Assembly (NCBI GenBank): GCA_030428745.1
Contig: JAUIEG010000001.1
Location: forward strand, 43,815-107,814
Length of the DNA stretch: 64,000 nucleotides
Source: Alphaproteobacteria bacterium
GTDB taxonomy: Bacteria; Pseudomonadota; Alphaproteobacteria; Caulobacterales; Parvularculaceae
Direction: 5' to 3'
Within the stretch, counting starts at the first letter, position 1, and every line of letters starts with the position of its first letter. The position numbers and the translations under genes are program-made. Below, in pieces: positions 1 to 9,621 of this stretch. The notes below the pieces were generated by a model. It was not told where the DNA came from and searched no databases. It saw nothing but the letters and a program-made list of their open reading frames with translations.

Positions 1-724
1 ACAGTCTGGAACCTGGTCCGCCGCCGAAGATTATTACGATCCCGTAGAAATGCGCGAGGCCAAAGCCATGGTTCAGCATGAAATGGGCGCGGGAACGACG
101 TGGTTCGTCATGGGCGATCGACTTGAGTATCGCTCGAACGGCGGCGATCCTGTCCTGCTCTGGGACGCGCAAGGATGGTATGGGGGCGACATCAACAAGT
201 TTTGGCTAAAAACCGAAGGCGAATACGATTTCAAAAGAGATTCATTCGAGGAAGCCGAAGCGCAGGCGCTTTGGTCTCGGGCGATTACGCGATATTTCGA
301 CCTCCAGGCGGGGCTGCGCCATGATTTCGCGCCGGGCGACGATCGCAACTTCGCCGTTCTCGGCGTGCAGGGCCTCGCCCCATATCTCTTTGAAATCGAC
401 AGCGCCGTCTTCGTCAGCGGCGATGGCGACGTTTCCGCCCGCATCGAGGCGGAATACGAGTTCATGTTGACGCAGCGCCTAATTCTTCAGCCGCGCACGG
501 AGCTGAATTTCGCGGTGCAGGACGTTCCTGAATATGGCGTCGGAAGCGGTCTGTCGACCGCGGAAGTGGGCGCGCGCCTCAGATACGAATTCAAGCGTGA
601 ATTTGCGCCCTATGTCGGCGTTTCATGGACGCGGTCAGTTGGCGAAACCGCGGACTTCGTGCGCCTCGATGGCGAAAATCCGTCGAACATTTCATTCGTC
701 GCCGGTGTCAGATTCTGGTTTTAG
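1..724 (+). CDS. copB: Copper resistance outer-membrane protein CopB (5' part outside window)
   Basis: DRLEYR, WDAQGWYGGDINKFWLKTEGE, GVQGLAPYLFE, LRYEFKREFAPYVG, C-terminal GVRFWF; frame open from window start. Confidence 0.92.
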   Translation, partial: QSGTWSAAEDYYDPVEMREAKAMVQHEMGAGTTWFVMGDRLEYRSNGGDPVLLWDAQGWYGGDINKFWLKTEGEYDFKRDSFEEAEAQALWSRAITRYFDLQAGLRHDFAPGDDRNFAVLGVQGLAPYLFEIDSAVFVSGDGDVSARIEAEYEFMLTQRLILQPRTELNFAVQDVPEYGVGSGLSTAEVGARLRYEFKREFAPYVGVSWTRSVGETADFVRLDGENPSNISFVAGVRFWF

Positions 725-736
725 AGAGGGAAAGCA

Positions 737-1768
737 ATGGAAAACTTGATCGAACCCAACATCCACCCGGTGCTGGTGCATTTTGCCTATGCGTTGACCG
801 TTACTGGCGCGATAAGCATGCTGATTGTGTCGTTTGCGCCTGCAGGAGGCTGGCGTGATACGCTTAAAGTCGCAGCCGACTGGATGCTCGGGCTCGGCGC
901 TGCAGCAATAATCCTGACAATCGCCGCAGGATTTCAGGCCTATTATTCAGTCAATCACGACGGCCCGTCTCACGCGGCGATGACCGTCCACCGCAACTGG
1001 GCGGTTCCCACCGGCGCGGTCATCCTTGTTCTCGCGATCTGGCGATGGACAAAGCGCGATGACCGTCCGTCAATTCTGTTCTCGCTTTTTCTCCTTCTCG
1101 CCGCCATTTCACTATCCGTTACAGCTTGGAGAGGCGGAAACCTTGTCTACGGGCATGGTCTTGGCGTTTCGCGCATGCCTATGGTCACCGGCGAAGGACA
1201 CGACCACGAGCACGCGCCGGGTCAGGGCCACGGCGATGAATCCGAAGGTGAAAAGCACGAAGGCGGTCATGACCATGAGGGAACGGATGATCATGAACAC
1301 GACGGGGACGCTGCGGCTCTACAGACCGATGAATCATCTGCAGCAACGTCCGTTGCTGCGTTCGACGCAGACAATTACCCGTCGACGCCGGAGGCGGTCG
1401 TTAACGCCTATGCCGCAGCGTTAAGAGCGAAGGACGAGGCCGCGGTTCGCGCGCTATTGTCGCCAAATGTGATCATCGCAGAAGGGGGCGGTGCTGAACG
1501 TTCTTTAAACGAATACGCCCGCCATCACATGCCGGCGGATATGGCCTTTACGGCGGCTGTCGACTTCACGCTGAAGAAACGCGACGTCATCGACGGCGAT
1601 GATCTGGCGACCGTTATTTCGGAATCTCAAATTCATGGCTCTTATAAAGGCGAAACGATTCACTCTCGCATGATGGAAACCATGGTGCTGGGCCGTGAAA
1701 ACGATCGCTGGCGGATTATTCATATTCATTGGTCTTCCGCGCCGATTACGGGGGACCATGAGCATTGA
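737..1768 (+). CDS. DUF2231-like membrane domain + His-rich linker + SnoaL/NTF2-like domain fusion
   Basis: N-terminal HPVLVHFAYAL and 4 TM segments; GHDHEHAPGQGHGD...HEHD linker; C-terminal YARHHMPADM ... WRIIHIHWSS. Confidence 0.75.
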   Translation: MENLIEPNIHPVLVHFAYALTVTGAISMLIVSFAPAGGWRDTLKVAADWMLGLGAAAIILTIAAGFQAYYSVNHDGPSHAAMTVHRNWAVPTGAVILVLAIWRWTKRDDRPSILFSLFLLLAAISLSVTAWRGGNLVYGHGLGVSRMPMVTGEGHDHEHAPGQGHGDESEGEKHEGGHDHEGTDDHEHDGDAAALQTDESSAATSVAAFDADNYPSTPEAVVNAYAAALRAKDEAAVRALLSPNVIIAEGGGAERSLNEYARHHMPADMAFTAAVDFTLKKRDVIDGDDLATVISESQIHGSYKGETIHSRMMETMVLGRENDRWRIIHIHWSSAPITGDHEH

Positions 1769-3087
1769 TGGCGGAAACTCAGGAAAACAACAGGTCAAGC
1801 AAATATAAAAAAGGAAGTTTAAGTCTTGGCGGCGCGGTCGCCATGGGCACCGGCGTCATGATCGGCGCCGGTATCTTTGCGCTGACCGGCCAGGTCGCCG
1901 AATTTGCAGGACCGCTTTTTCCCGCGGCTTTCTTCGTCGCCGCGATAATCAGCGCATTCAGCGCTTACACTTATATAAAAGTGTCGAGCCGGTATCCGTC
2001 GGCAGGCGGCATCGCGATGATCTTGCATAAGGCGTATGGGCATTCGGTCACGACCGGCGCATGCGCAATGCTGATGGCGTTTTCAATGGTGATCAACGAG
2101 AGCCTGGTCGCCCGCACTTTCGGAACTTACACCGCGCAACTGTTTCAGGCCGACCAACGCTCTTTTCTTGTTCCTGAACTTGCTGTCAGCCTGATCGTCT
2201 TTGTCTTCCTTCTGAATCTGGCTGGCAATAAATATATCGGCGCGGTATCGAAACTTGCCGCGATTTTGAAAGTGGGCGGCATTCTGGCCTTCGCCGGCGC
2301 CGGACTTTGGGCCTCCGGAATCTCTTTTGAAGCAGCTTCATCAGCCTCCGGCGAATATACTGCTGGCGGTTTTCTGGCGGGCGTCGCCCTCGCCATTCTC
2401 GCTTATAAAGGCTTCACGACAATCACGAACAGCGGCGGCGAGGTGAAAAACCCGACACGCAATGTCGGGCGCGCCATCATGATCTCACTTGGCGTCTGCC
2501 TCATTGTCTATCTGGCTGTGGTCTTCGCCGTCGGGTCGTCGCTCTCGATTGATGAGATCGTCGCGGCCAAGGACTATTCGCTGGCCGAAGCCGCGCGGCC
2601 AACGCTCGGCGAGAATGGCGTCGTTTTCACTGTCGTCATTGCGATCATTGCAACCGCGTCCGGCGTCTTAGCAAGCGTCTTTGCGGTCTCGCGCATGCTT
2701 GCCATGCTGACGGAAATGAAGCTTATCCCGCACAGCCATTTCGGCATGCCAGGACGTATTCAGCAACATACGCTGGTTTACACCGTCGTTCTGGCCGCGC
2801 TCCTTGCTGTCTTTTTCGATCTCAGCCGCATCGCGTCGCTTGGCGCCATTTTCTATCTAGTGATGGATATTGCGATTCATTGGGGCGTGTTTCGACGCCT
2901 TCGTCGCGATGTCGATGCAAAGGGCTGGATTTTGATGTCCGCGATCTTATTGGACGCCATCGTCCTTGGGGCGTTTGTCTGGATCAAGGCTTCAATCGAC
3001 CCCTTGATTGTCTGGGCAGGCGCGGCCGGGATCGTCGTCATCTTCGTCTTTGAGGGTTTTTATCTGCGCCGAGCACGGAATAAGTAG
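1768..3087 (+). CDS. APC-family amino acid permease
   Basis: GTGVMIGAGIF, PSAGG, AYKGFTTITN motifs; ~12 TM; TGATG overlap with upstream stop. Confidence 0.9.
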   Translation: MAETQENNRSSKYKKGSLSLGGAVAMGTGVMIGAGIFALTGQVAEFAGPLFPAAFFVAAIISAFSAYTYIKVSSRYPSAGGIAMILHKAYGHSVTTGACAMLMAFSMVINESLVARTFGTYTAQLFQADQRSFLVPELAVSLIVFVFLLNLAGNKYIGAVSKLAAILKVGGILAFAGAGLWASGISFEAASSASGEYTAGGFLAGVALAILAYKGFTTITNSGGEVKNPTRNVGRAIMISLGVCLIVYLAVVFAVGSSLSIDEIVAAKDYSLAEAARPTLGENGVVFTVVIAIIATASGVLASVFAVSRMLAMLTEMKLIPHSHFGMPGRIQQHTLVYTVVLAALLAVFFDLSRIASLGAIFYLVMDIAIHWGVFRRLRRDVDAKGWILMSAILLDAIVLGAFVWIKASIDPLIVWAGAAGIVVIFVFEGFYLRRARNK

Positions 3088-3106
3088 ACCACCTTAGCTG
3101 GAGGTC

Positions 3107-3136
3107 TTGACAATACCCCCCTAGGGTATATATGCT
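3107..3136 (+). promoter_or_regulatory. sigma70-like promoter with CsoR/RcnR-family operator
   Basis: TTGACA(3107-3112)-N18-TATGCT; inverted repeat ATACCC-CCCTA-GGGTAT (3113-3129) with C-tract between the boxes. Confidence 0.75.
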
Positions 3137-3204
3137 AAGCATCAGTAGCGTTGTGACGAGCGCGGAAAAATCTCTGCGCACTCCAACTAGCGAAGGAGGC
3201 GGCG

Positions 3205-3513
3205 ATGCGAGTCGTTCCTACAGGCCATGCATTATCCTTGTTTCTCATCATCACTTTCACGCTCTGCATACTTTGGGGTTTGGCGACGCCAGCAAGCATG
3301 CACATGCATCAAGCGTGGGAACCGTTATTGCCCGGATTCCGTTTTATCTCGTTTCCGAGCTTCCTGATCGGCGCTGTCGAAACCTACGCCTATGGGTGGT
3401 ACGCTGCGCTCGTCTTTGTCCCGCTGTACAATCTGTTCAACCGATCCGGAGCAGTTGCGGCTCAAAAGAAAGAAACCCCCGGCCCAGCCTCACGGTCATG
3501 CTGCAGCGAATAA
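3205..3513 (+). CDS. DUF5676-like small membrane protein
   Basis: GGAGG RBS; LLPGFRFISFPSFLIGAVETYAYGWYAALVFVPLYN; C-terminal SCCSE. Confidence 0.75.
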   Translation: MRVVPTGHALSLFLIITFTLCILWGLATPASMHMHQAWEPLLPGFRFISFPSFLIGAVETYAYGWYAALVFVPLYNLFNRSGAVAAQKKETPGPASRSCCSE

Positions 3514-3576
3514 ATCGCCGCGAGCGTTACGGGCGATTTCAGCGGCGGCCGTAAAGATACAGGTTGAAATAAAGTC

Positions 3577-4260
3577 ATGCGTCTTGAAGCCATGCCCCCG
3601 CCAGCACGAGCCTATACGCCGCCGCTGGGCCATAAAATCCTGACGCCCTTTTATGACCTGGCGATTGGACTTCTGACGCGCGAAGGCGTGTGGCGCAAAG
3701 TTCTTATCGAAAACATTGCGCCCAATGATGGCGAAAGGATCGTCGATGTCGGCTCTGGAACCGGAAGCCTCGCGGTCGCACTGTTAAGCCGTGTGCCGCA
3801 TCTTCAATATCTTGGCGTCGATCCCGATGCGGACGCAACAGAAAGGGCAACAGCAAAGCTCGCCGCTGAAGGTTTACGCGCAGAATTCAATGTCGGCTTC
3901 TTCGAGGCCGACAATCTTGCCGGCATACCGAACAAAATCGTCAGTTCGCTCGTTTTGCACCAAGTCCCGCTCATGGAAAAAAGGCGGATCATCGAAAACA
4001 TGTACGCCGCCCTGCCCGCCAACGGAACTGTTCACATTGCCGACTATGGCGAACAGACATCCGTTCTCGCGCGCGCATTGTTTCGCATGACGGTGCAGGC
4101 GCTTGACGGCATTGACAACACGCAATCCAACGCGGAGGGCGTCATCCCGGAACTATTGAGCGCGGCTGGCTTTTCGGACGTATCGGAACGCTCGCGGATC
4201 TGGACGTTGACTGGAACAATTTCAATCTATCAGGCCCGAAAGCGGGCTCCATCGCCATAA
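3577..4260 (+). CDS. Class I SAM-dependent methyltransferase
   Basis: IVDVGSGTGSL motif I; SSLVLHQV; GTVHIADY. Confidence 0.85.
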   Translation: MRLEAMPPPARAYTPPLGHKILTPFYDLAIGLLTREGVWRKVLIENIAPNDGERIVDVGSGTGSLAVALLSRVPHLQYLGVDPDADATERATAKLAAEGLRAEFNVGFFEADNLAGIPNKIVSSLVLHQVPLMEKRRIIENMYAALPANGTVHIADYGEQTSVLARALFRMTVQALDGIDNTQSNAEGVIPELLSAAGFSDVSERSRIWTLTGTISIYQARKRAPSP

Positions 4261-4307
4261 GTCGCGCAAGACATTGTCCGCGCTGATGAAGAAGAAAGGA
4301 TACCCAA

Positions 4308-4766
4308 ATGGCGGATCATTCTCATCACGCCCACTCGCATGGCGCAAATCCGATAATCACGTCGGCCCAGGCGACATGGCATTGCCTGACAGGCTGCGTT
4401 ATCGGCGAGACTCTTGGCCTCATCATAGGCGTAACGCTCGGCCTTGGCGTCTGGACGACAATGGGGTTGGCGACGGGGCTTTCCTATATTTCCGGTTTTA
4501 CGCTTGGCGTGCTTCCCGTCATGCGCCGCGAGAAGAGAAGCTTCTGGCAGGCTTTGCAGATCATCTGGATTGGAGAAGCCGTCTCCATCGGCGTGATGGA
4601 GATCGCCATGAACGCGGCCGATTACTACATGGGCGGCGTCAACGCCGGATCGGTGTTTGAGCCTGTCTTCTGGTATGGGCTGGCGGTCGCCATTCCGGCA
4701 GGCTTTGTCGCCGCCTGGCCTGTCAACTGGTGGCTCCTGCAGCGCAACCTGAAAGCCTGTCACTAA
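4308..4766 (+). CDS. DUF4396 membrane protein
   Basis: His-rich N-terminus; ATWHCLTGCVIGE; MEIAMN; AWPVNWWL. Confidence 0.8.
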   Translation: MADHSHHAHSHGANPIITSAQATWHCLTGCVIGETLGLIIGVTLGLGVWTTMGLATGLSYISGFTLGVLPVMRREKRSFWQALQIIWIGEAVSIGVMEIAMNAADYYMGGVNAGSVFEPVFWYGLAVAIPAGFVAAWPVNWWLLQRNLKACH

Positions 4767-4809
4767 TTTTCCCAGCGAATGCCCTTCACGCGGCATCCAC
4801 GTCGATTTT

Positions 4810-4837
4810 GAGGGTTCTCGCCTGTTCCTGCGTATTT
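4810..4837 (+). promoter_or_regulatory. ECF (CnrH-like) promoter
   Basis: GAGGG-N16-CGTATTT, ~50 bp before the 4888 start; same architecture as 5778-5805. Confidence 0.7.
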
Positions 4838-4887
4838 AAATGCATGGCTGATTTCACATTGGTCCGTTTACACAAAGGAGCAAAGCT

Positions 4888-5430
4888 ATGAGATGGAAAT
4901 TAGCGATCGCAGCCATAACGGCGGCTGCAGCGTTGCCGGTCGCAACTGCGATGGCCGATCCGTCGCATCACCCGGCCTCAAAAGACCAGATGACGCAGGA
5001 AACTAGCGGCATGGGGGAGACGATGGGCGGCGGCATGATGGACTGCCCGATGCACGGAATGATGAGTCAGCAAAATCCGCGCATGGAAGGACGCCTAGCA
5101 TTTCTGAAAGCCGAACTCGACATCAAAAAAGGCCAGGAGAAAGCCTGGAACGATTATGCGGCGGCGTTCCGCAGCAGCCATCAAAGCATGATGGGACGTA
5201 TTGGAATGATGAGCGGCGGAATGGGAAAAATGGGTATGCAGGCGGAGCCTGGGCCGAAAAAATCCGCTGTCGAAGCGCTTCAAAATCGAATTCAGATGAT
5301 GGAAGGCATGCTGCAGTCGCTCAAGGCGCTTGAAGGACCGACAGCGAAGCTTTACGACGCTCTTGACGACACCCAAAAGGCCACGGCGGACGAACTTCTC
5401 GGCATGGGCTGCGGCATGATGCGCATGTAG
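4888..5430 (+). CDS. Met-rich periplasmic Spy/CpxP (LTXXQ)-like protein
   Basis: Signal peptide; RLAFLKAELDI, QEKAWNDY, LYDALDDTQKATADELL; Met/Gly-rich tracts. Confidence 0.8.
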   Translation: MRWKLAIAAITAAAALPVATAMADPSHHPASKDQMTQETSGMGETMGGGMMDCPMHGMMSQQNPRMEGRLAFLKAELDIKKGQEKAWNDYAAAFRSSHQSMMGRIGMMSGGMGKMGMQAEPGPKKSAVEALQNRIQMMEGMLQSLKALEGPTAKLYDALDDTQKATADELLGMGCGMMRM

Positions 5431-5691
5431 CCGCCACGAACCGCTGCCGTTATTTAAGCGGATTTGAAGGGCGCTGTCAGCTAGGCGGGAGAGGTTGTCT
5501 ATTGGCTTACTGTCATGAGCCGGCCCTCCCAATGCTGATCTATTCGCGCATCGCGCACCCGTCGGCCTTTTCAAAGTTGTCGCCGCCGTTTGTTTGAGAT
5601 GTTTTTGTTCAATTCCGTACCTGCGATAGCCGGGACTGCCGGCGCGTCAGGGCTTGCGATATTGCGCATTGGAAGCCTGCGGTTTAATCCT

Positions 5692-5709
5692 ATTTGATCA
5701 AAGTCAAAT
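5692..5709. promoter_or_regulatory. FNR/FixK-like box
   Basis: ATTTGATCAAAGTCAAAT = TTGAT-N4-GTCAA with palindromic flanks. Confidence 0.45.
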
Positions 5710-5777
5710 TCCGGGCGGCGACGGCGTGGTATTGATTATTTTGGCTGGGCACCGACGACTGCGCCATCCTTTCTGGC

Positions 5778-5805
5778 GAGGGATAAGCCTCCAAAAGGCG
5801 TATTT
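5778..5805 (+). promoter_or_regulatory. ECF (CnrH-like) autoregulatory promoter
   Basis: GAGGG-N16-CGTATTT directly upstream of the anti-sigma/sensor/sigma operon. Confidence 0.75.
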
Positions 5806-5832
5806 CTCTTTAGAGGATTGGAGGTAGGCGTC

Positions 5833-6135
5833 ATGCCGGATTTGGACGCGTTGCTGCGCAAATATAGGGATCGCACCTCTTGCAATCCGCCCGACACCAT
5901 AGAATTTCGGGTCCTGACGCAGATTCAGGCGGCCGATGCGGCCGCGCCGCTCCAGCTCATCATGCAACCCGCATTTCGGCCGGCGGCGATGTTCGCCGGA
6001 CTTGTCATTGGCGTTTTCATCGCGGGCATCGCGCCGGTCCTGACGCCGGCTCATTCCACCGCGGATCTTGGCGTCTTCGCAACGGATTCGCCTCACCTTG
6101 CATCCGCCTGGCTGAACGCGAACTCAAAGCAATGA
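5833..6135 (+). CDS. CnrY-like single-pass anti-sigma factor
   Basis: GGAGG RBS; one TM; C-terminal LGVFATDSPHLASAWL; first gene before sensor and ECF sigma. Confidence 0.65.
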   Translation: MPDLDALLRKYRDRTSCNPPDTIEFRVLTQIQAADAAAPLQLIMQPAFRPAAMFAGLVIGVFIAGIAPVLTPAHSTADLGVFATDSPHLASAWLNANSKQ

Positions 6136-6575
6136 AGTTTCCATTACGGTCGATTCTTCTGACATTGGCGCTTGTCGCCGTCTCCGGCGCCGGCGGCGCC
6201 TGGATCGGCGTCACACTTCTTCAACCAGCCCGTCAGGACCACCAGACTTTTCATGACCGCCTATTCGCGGAACTGCATTTGTCTAAAGAGCAAGAAGCGA
6301 TGATGCACGCTCTTGAAGAGAGACATGCCGCTGAAATCGCACTCTACCAAGATCGCGTAGCTGCAGCCAATCGAATTCTGGCCAGCATAGTCGAGCAAGA
6401 AGGTTCCTATGACGAGCCCGTCGACGACGCCATCGTCAACGTACATTCGGCTATGTTGGATCTTCAAAAAGCGACGATCCGCCACCTGTATGAAATGCGT
6501 GAAATTCTAACTCCGGAACAACAACTTATTTTTGACCGCCATGTTGAAGAAACGTTCAAACAGATCGCTCCATGA
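6132..6575 (+). CDS. CnrX-like periplasmic heavy-metal sensor
   Basis: ATGA coupling; N-terminal membrane anchor; HQTFH, LEERH, HLYEM ligand pattern; ILTPEQ. Confidence 0.8.
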   Translation: MKFPLRSILLTLALVAVSGAGGAWIGVTLLQPARQDHQTFHDRLFAELHLSKEQEAMMHALEERHAAEIALYQDRVAAANRILASIVEQEGSYDEPVDDAIVNVHSAMLDLQKATIRHLYEMREILTPEQQLIFDRHVEETFKQIAP

Positions 6576-7143
6576 AACGTTAGAAGCATCTGACGCCGAA
6601 CTCATGAGTGACATAGCCGCCGGCGACCACGCGGCCTTTGCTGAAATCATGTCGCGATATAAAACGCCGCTTTATCGCTTTATCCTTCGTTATGTGGGCG
6701 CAACGGCCGACGCTGAGGATATTCTCCAGGAAACGCTGACCAAGGTTTTTTCCAGGGCTTCAACATATGACCCTGCGTGGAAGGCGTCCGTATGGATATA
6801 TCGAATAGCCCTGAATAAGTGCCGCGACCATGGACGCAAACAGAAGCTGCGGAAATACGTCTCATGGGACTTCGGGCGCAATGGAAGCGCCGAGCTTCCT
6901 GAAGTCCAAGATCTGGGGCCTGATGTCGAACATATTGTCGCCTATCGGCAACAATACGACCGGCTGGCGCAGGCCATTGAAAGTCTTCCCCATAACTTGC
7001 GCAGCGCGCTTGTTCTGAATGCGATTGAAGACCGCCCGCAACTCGAATGCGCGGAAATACTCGGCGTGTCGCGCAAAAGCGTGGAGATGCTCGTCTACAG
7101 GGCCCGGAAAAAATTGCGCGAGCATATGGAATTGACTGAATAG
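6541..7143 (+). CDS. ECF RNA polymerase sigma factor (CnrH-like)
   Basis: DAEDILQE, WIYRIALNKCRD, ECAEILGVSRKSVEMLVYRARKKL; exact start uncertain (6532/6541). Confidence 0.88.
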   Translation: MLKKRSNRSLHETLEASDAELMSDIAAGDHAAFAEIMSRYKTPLYRFILRYVGATADAEDILQETLTKVFSRASTYDPAWKASVWIYRIALNKCRDHGRKQKLRKYVSWDFGRNGSAELPEVQDLGPDVEHIVAYRQQYDRLAQAIESLPHNLRSALVLNAIEDRPQLECAEILGVSRKSVEMLVYRARKKLREHMELTE

Positions 7144-7197
7144 CGGTGCTTGCGCCGGCTAGCGCGATTCATACGCCAGACATAAATTGTGTTGTTG

Positions 7198-8088
7198 TCA
7201 TTTCAGCATCGTGCGAACGCCGTTTGCAATCAGCTTTCCAAGTTCGATTTCGTTGCTTTCGTGCTCGATTGTATTGCATGTGATGACGCGCCCCGCGCCT
7301 GCGGTACGCAATTCCTGATAAGCATTGTCGGCGAAGACCGCATGCACGCCGATACAAACCGGCGGCGGAAGACCGGCGTTCTTCAACAGCCCGACCGTCT
7401 CCATCATCGTGCGCGCCGTCGAGATAATATCGTCGACCAGCACCGGGGTCCGGCCGCCCCATTCTTCCACCTGCGGCGCAGAAATCTCGACATCCCGGTC
7501 GCCCTTGCGAACTTTTTCGAGGACGGCGAAAGGCGCGCCCGCATCTTTTGCAACGGCGGCGACCCATTGTTCGCTTTCACTGTCCGGCCCGACAAGCACG
7601 GGATTATCGACGTTATCGCGAATCCACCCGGAAATCGCCGGCGCGGCGTGCTGAACGACCGAAGGGATCGCATAGATCTCAGAAAGAGACGTGCGCCGGT
7701 GCAGGTGCGGATCGACGGTGACCAGCCAGTCGACCCAGGGATTGAGCGCCGCCGCAAAATGCGTCGATGTCACCGCCTCGCCGGATTGAAAGCGGCGATC
7801 CTGTCGCATGTAGGCCAGATAAGGCGCAACCAGTCCTACGCCGCTGGCGCCCAATTCCCGCGCAGCGCCTGCAGCAAATATCAGCGGCAGAAATTTTTGA
7901 TCCGGCCGGTCAAGCGTACAAACAAGAATAATCCGCCTACGTCCAACAGGCGTTTCCAGGCGTACATAGGATTCTCCGTCAGGGAAACGCCGTACAAGGA
8001 GAGAACCGACAGCGATGTTCAGCTCCGCCGCAAGCGCGCGCGCCATGGCTTCATTGCCCGGCATGGGGATGATGATAACGTCACTCAT
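7198..8088 (-). CDS. prs: Ribose-phosphate pyrophosphokinase family protein
   Basis: FPDGESYV, PYLAYMRQD, VDPHLH, VLVDDIISTARTM. Confidence 0.88.
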   Translation of the reverse strand: MSDVIIIPMPGNEAMARALAAELNIAVGSLLVRRFPDGESYVRLETPVGRRRIILVCTLDRPDQKFLPLIFAAGAARELGASGVGLVAPYLAYMRQDRRFQSGEAVTSTHFAAALNPWVDWLVTVDPHLHRRTSLSEIYAIPSVVQHAAPAISGWIRDNVDNPVLVGPDSESEQWVAAVAKDAGAPFAVLEKVRKGDRDVEISAPQVEEWGGRTPVLVDDIISTARTMMETVGLLKNAGLPPPVCIGVHAVFADNAYQELRTAGAGRVITCNTIEHESNEIELGKLIANGVRTMLK

Positions 8089-9602
8089 TTTGCGGGCTCG
8101 ATATCAATGATCGGCGGGTGGCTTTCGATAAAGTCGCGAGCGTATTCGAGCTCTCCGCTCGTTTCCGCGTGAAGCGTGAAAAGGGGCGATCCTTTCTCGA
8201 CGAGATCGTCCAATCGCACATGCATCTCAAGCCCCGCCGCTTTGGCGCCGGGCGCACCTGCGAGCTTTGCGGCTTTGGCAAGGCGCCGATTATCAACGCT
8301 GGTGACCCGGCCGGAAGAATGGGCCGCTAAGGGCCATTGCTGGCGCGCAATCGGCGGCGTGCGCATACCGCCTTGCGCCTCGCATATCGCCTGGAACTTT
8401 GACAAGGCGCGGCCGTCGGCGAGCGTCTTCTCGGCGAGATCCTCGCCGCCGCCCGATGCTGCAGCCCCGCCTAGTTCAAGCAATACGCCCGCGAGCGTCA
8501 CGGCCCGTGCTTTCAGATCGAGCGGCGCCTGCTGTGCGCCCTCCAGCACCGCCAAAACATCGCGCGCTTCAAGCGCCGGCCCGACGCCCCTCCCCACGGG
8601 TTGGCGGCCATCGGTGCGAATGGCGCGGGCCTCGATGCCGAACGCCTTTGCCGTGCGCAGGAGATGTTCCGAAAGTGAATCGGCATCCGAAGAACTGCGC
8701 ACTTTCGCCGTAGGTCCGACGGGCAGATCAAGCACAAGATGCGTGGCCCCCGCCGCCGCTTTTTTGGACAACACAGAAGCTACTAACTGCCCTTCGCTGT
8801 CGATGTCGAGGGCGCGCTCCACTCTGATCAGCGTGTCGTCAGCAGGGCTGAGCGATACAGCCCCGCCCCACACCACGCAGCCGCCTTCCCGTTCGACGAC
8901 CCGCCGCATCGCCGCGAGATTGAGATCGACAGGCGCCAGTGTTTCCATGGCGTCGGCCGTGCCTGCCGGCGATGTGATCGCCCGCGACGAGGTTTTCGGC
9001 ATGGTCAGGCCGCAGGCGGCGACGATTGCGACGATAATTGGCGTCGTTCGATTGCCGGGAAGACCGCCTACGCAATGTTTGTCGACAATCGGCGTTGCGC
9101 TCCATGTAAGGCGCTCGCCCGCGTCGACCATCGCCCGCGTAAGGCCGACAATTTCCTGCTCGCTCAAGCCGCGCGCGGCGCAGGCTGTAATGAAGGAAGA
9201 CAAGTGAATATCCGAGTACCGGCCCTGAACAATGTCCCGCATGATCTCCGCAAGCTCATCATCCGCAAGCGCCTGCCCATAGACCTTCCCGCGAACGCGA
9301 CTGAGGGAGTCGAGCGCCCGGGCGTGCGCCACGGTGATCTTATCCCCTTCGGAAACGCCAAGACGCCGCCATGCCGATTCAGAAAAGCCTGCCTCTCCCG
9401 GCGAGAGTATGTCACTGACGATCGTGTTTAACGTCGCAATGATTGATTTTTTATCCGTTGTAACGCGAATACGCGCATGACCGGAAAACCCTTCGGCTCT
9501 GCAAACATGGCAATCGCTGCGCATATAGATGACTGCCTCATCATGCGTATCGATGCCTAAACGCTTTGCTCTTAAGGCATGACTTTTTGTTGTTGGCGCC
9601 AT
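8085..9602 (-). CDS. Thymidine-phosphorylase family, AMP-phosphorylase-like
   Basis: DKHCVGGLPGNRTT, PKTSSRAITSPAGTAD, extra N-terminal domain with CHVC; start 9602 or 9638. Confidence 0.88.
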   Translation of the reverse strand: MAPTTKSHALRAKRLGIDTHDEAVIYMRSDCHVCRAEGFSGHARIRVTTDKKSIIATLNTIVSDILSPGEAGFSESAWRRLGVSEGDKITVAHARALDSLSRVRGKVYGQALADDELAEIMRDIVQGRYSDIHLSSFITACAARGLSEQEIVGLTRAMVDAGERLTWSATPIVDKHCVGGLPGNRTTPIIVAIVAACGLTMPKTSSRAITSPAGTADAMETLAPVDLNLAAMRRVVEREGGCVVWGGAVSLSPADDTLIRVERALDIDSEGQLVASVLSKKAAAGATHLVLDLPVGPTAKVRSSSDADSLSEHLLRTAKAFGIEARAIRTDGRQPVGRGVGPALEARDVLAVLEGAQQAPLDLKARAVTLAGVLLELGGAAASGGGEDLAEKTLADGRALSKFQAICEAQGGMRTPPIARQQWPLAAHSSGRVTSVDNRRLAKAAKLAGAPGAKAAGLEMHVRLDDLVEKGSPLFTLHAETSGELEYARDFIESHPPIIDIEPAK

Positions 9603-9621
9603 CACTCTTTCCGGTCTGTCC

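Noticed and set aside
7189-9207. Long + strand ORFs 7189-8172 and 8176-9207
   Set aside because: Antisense shadows of the prs-like and phosphorylase genes, with no recognisable motifs.
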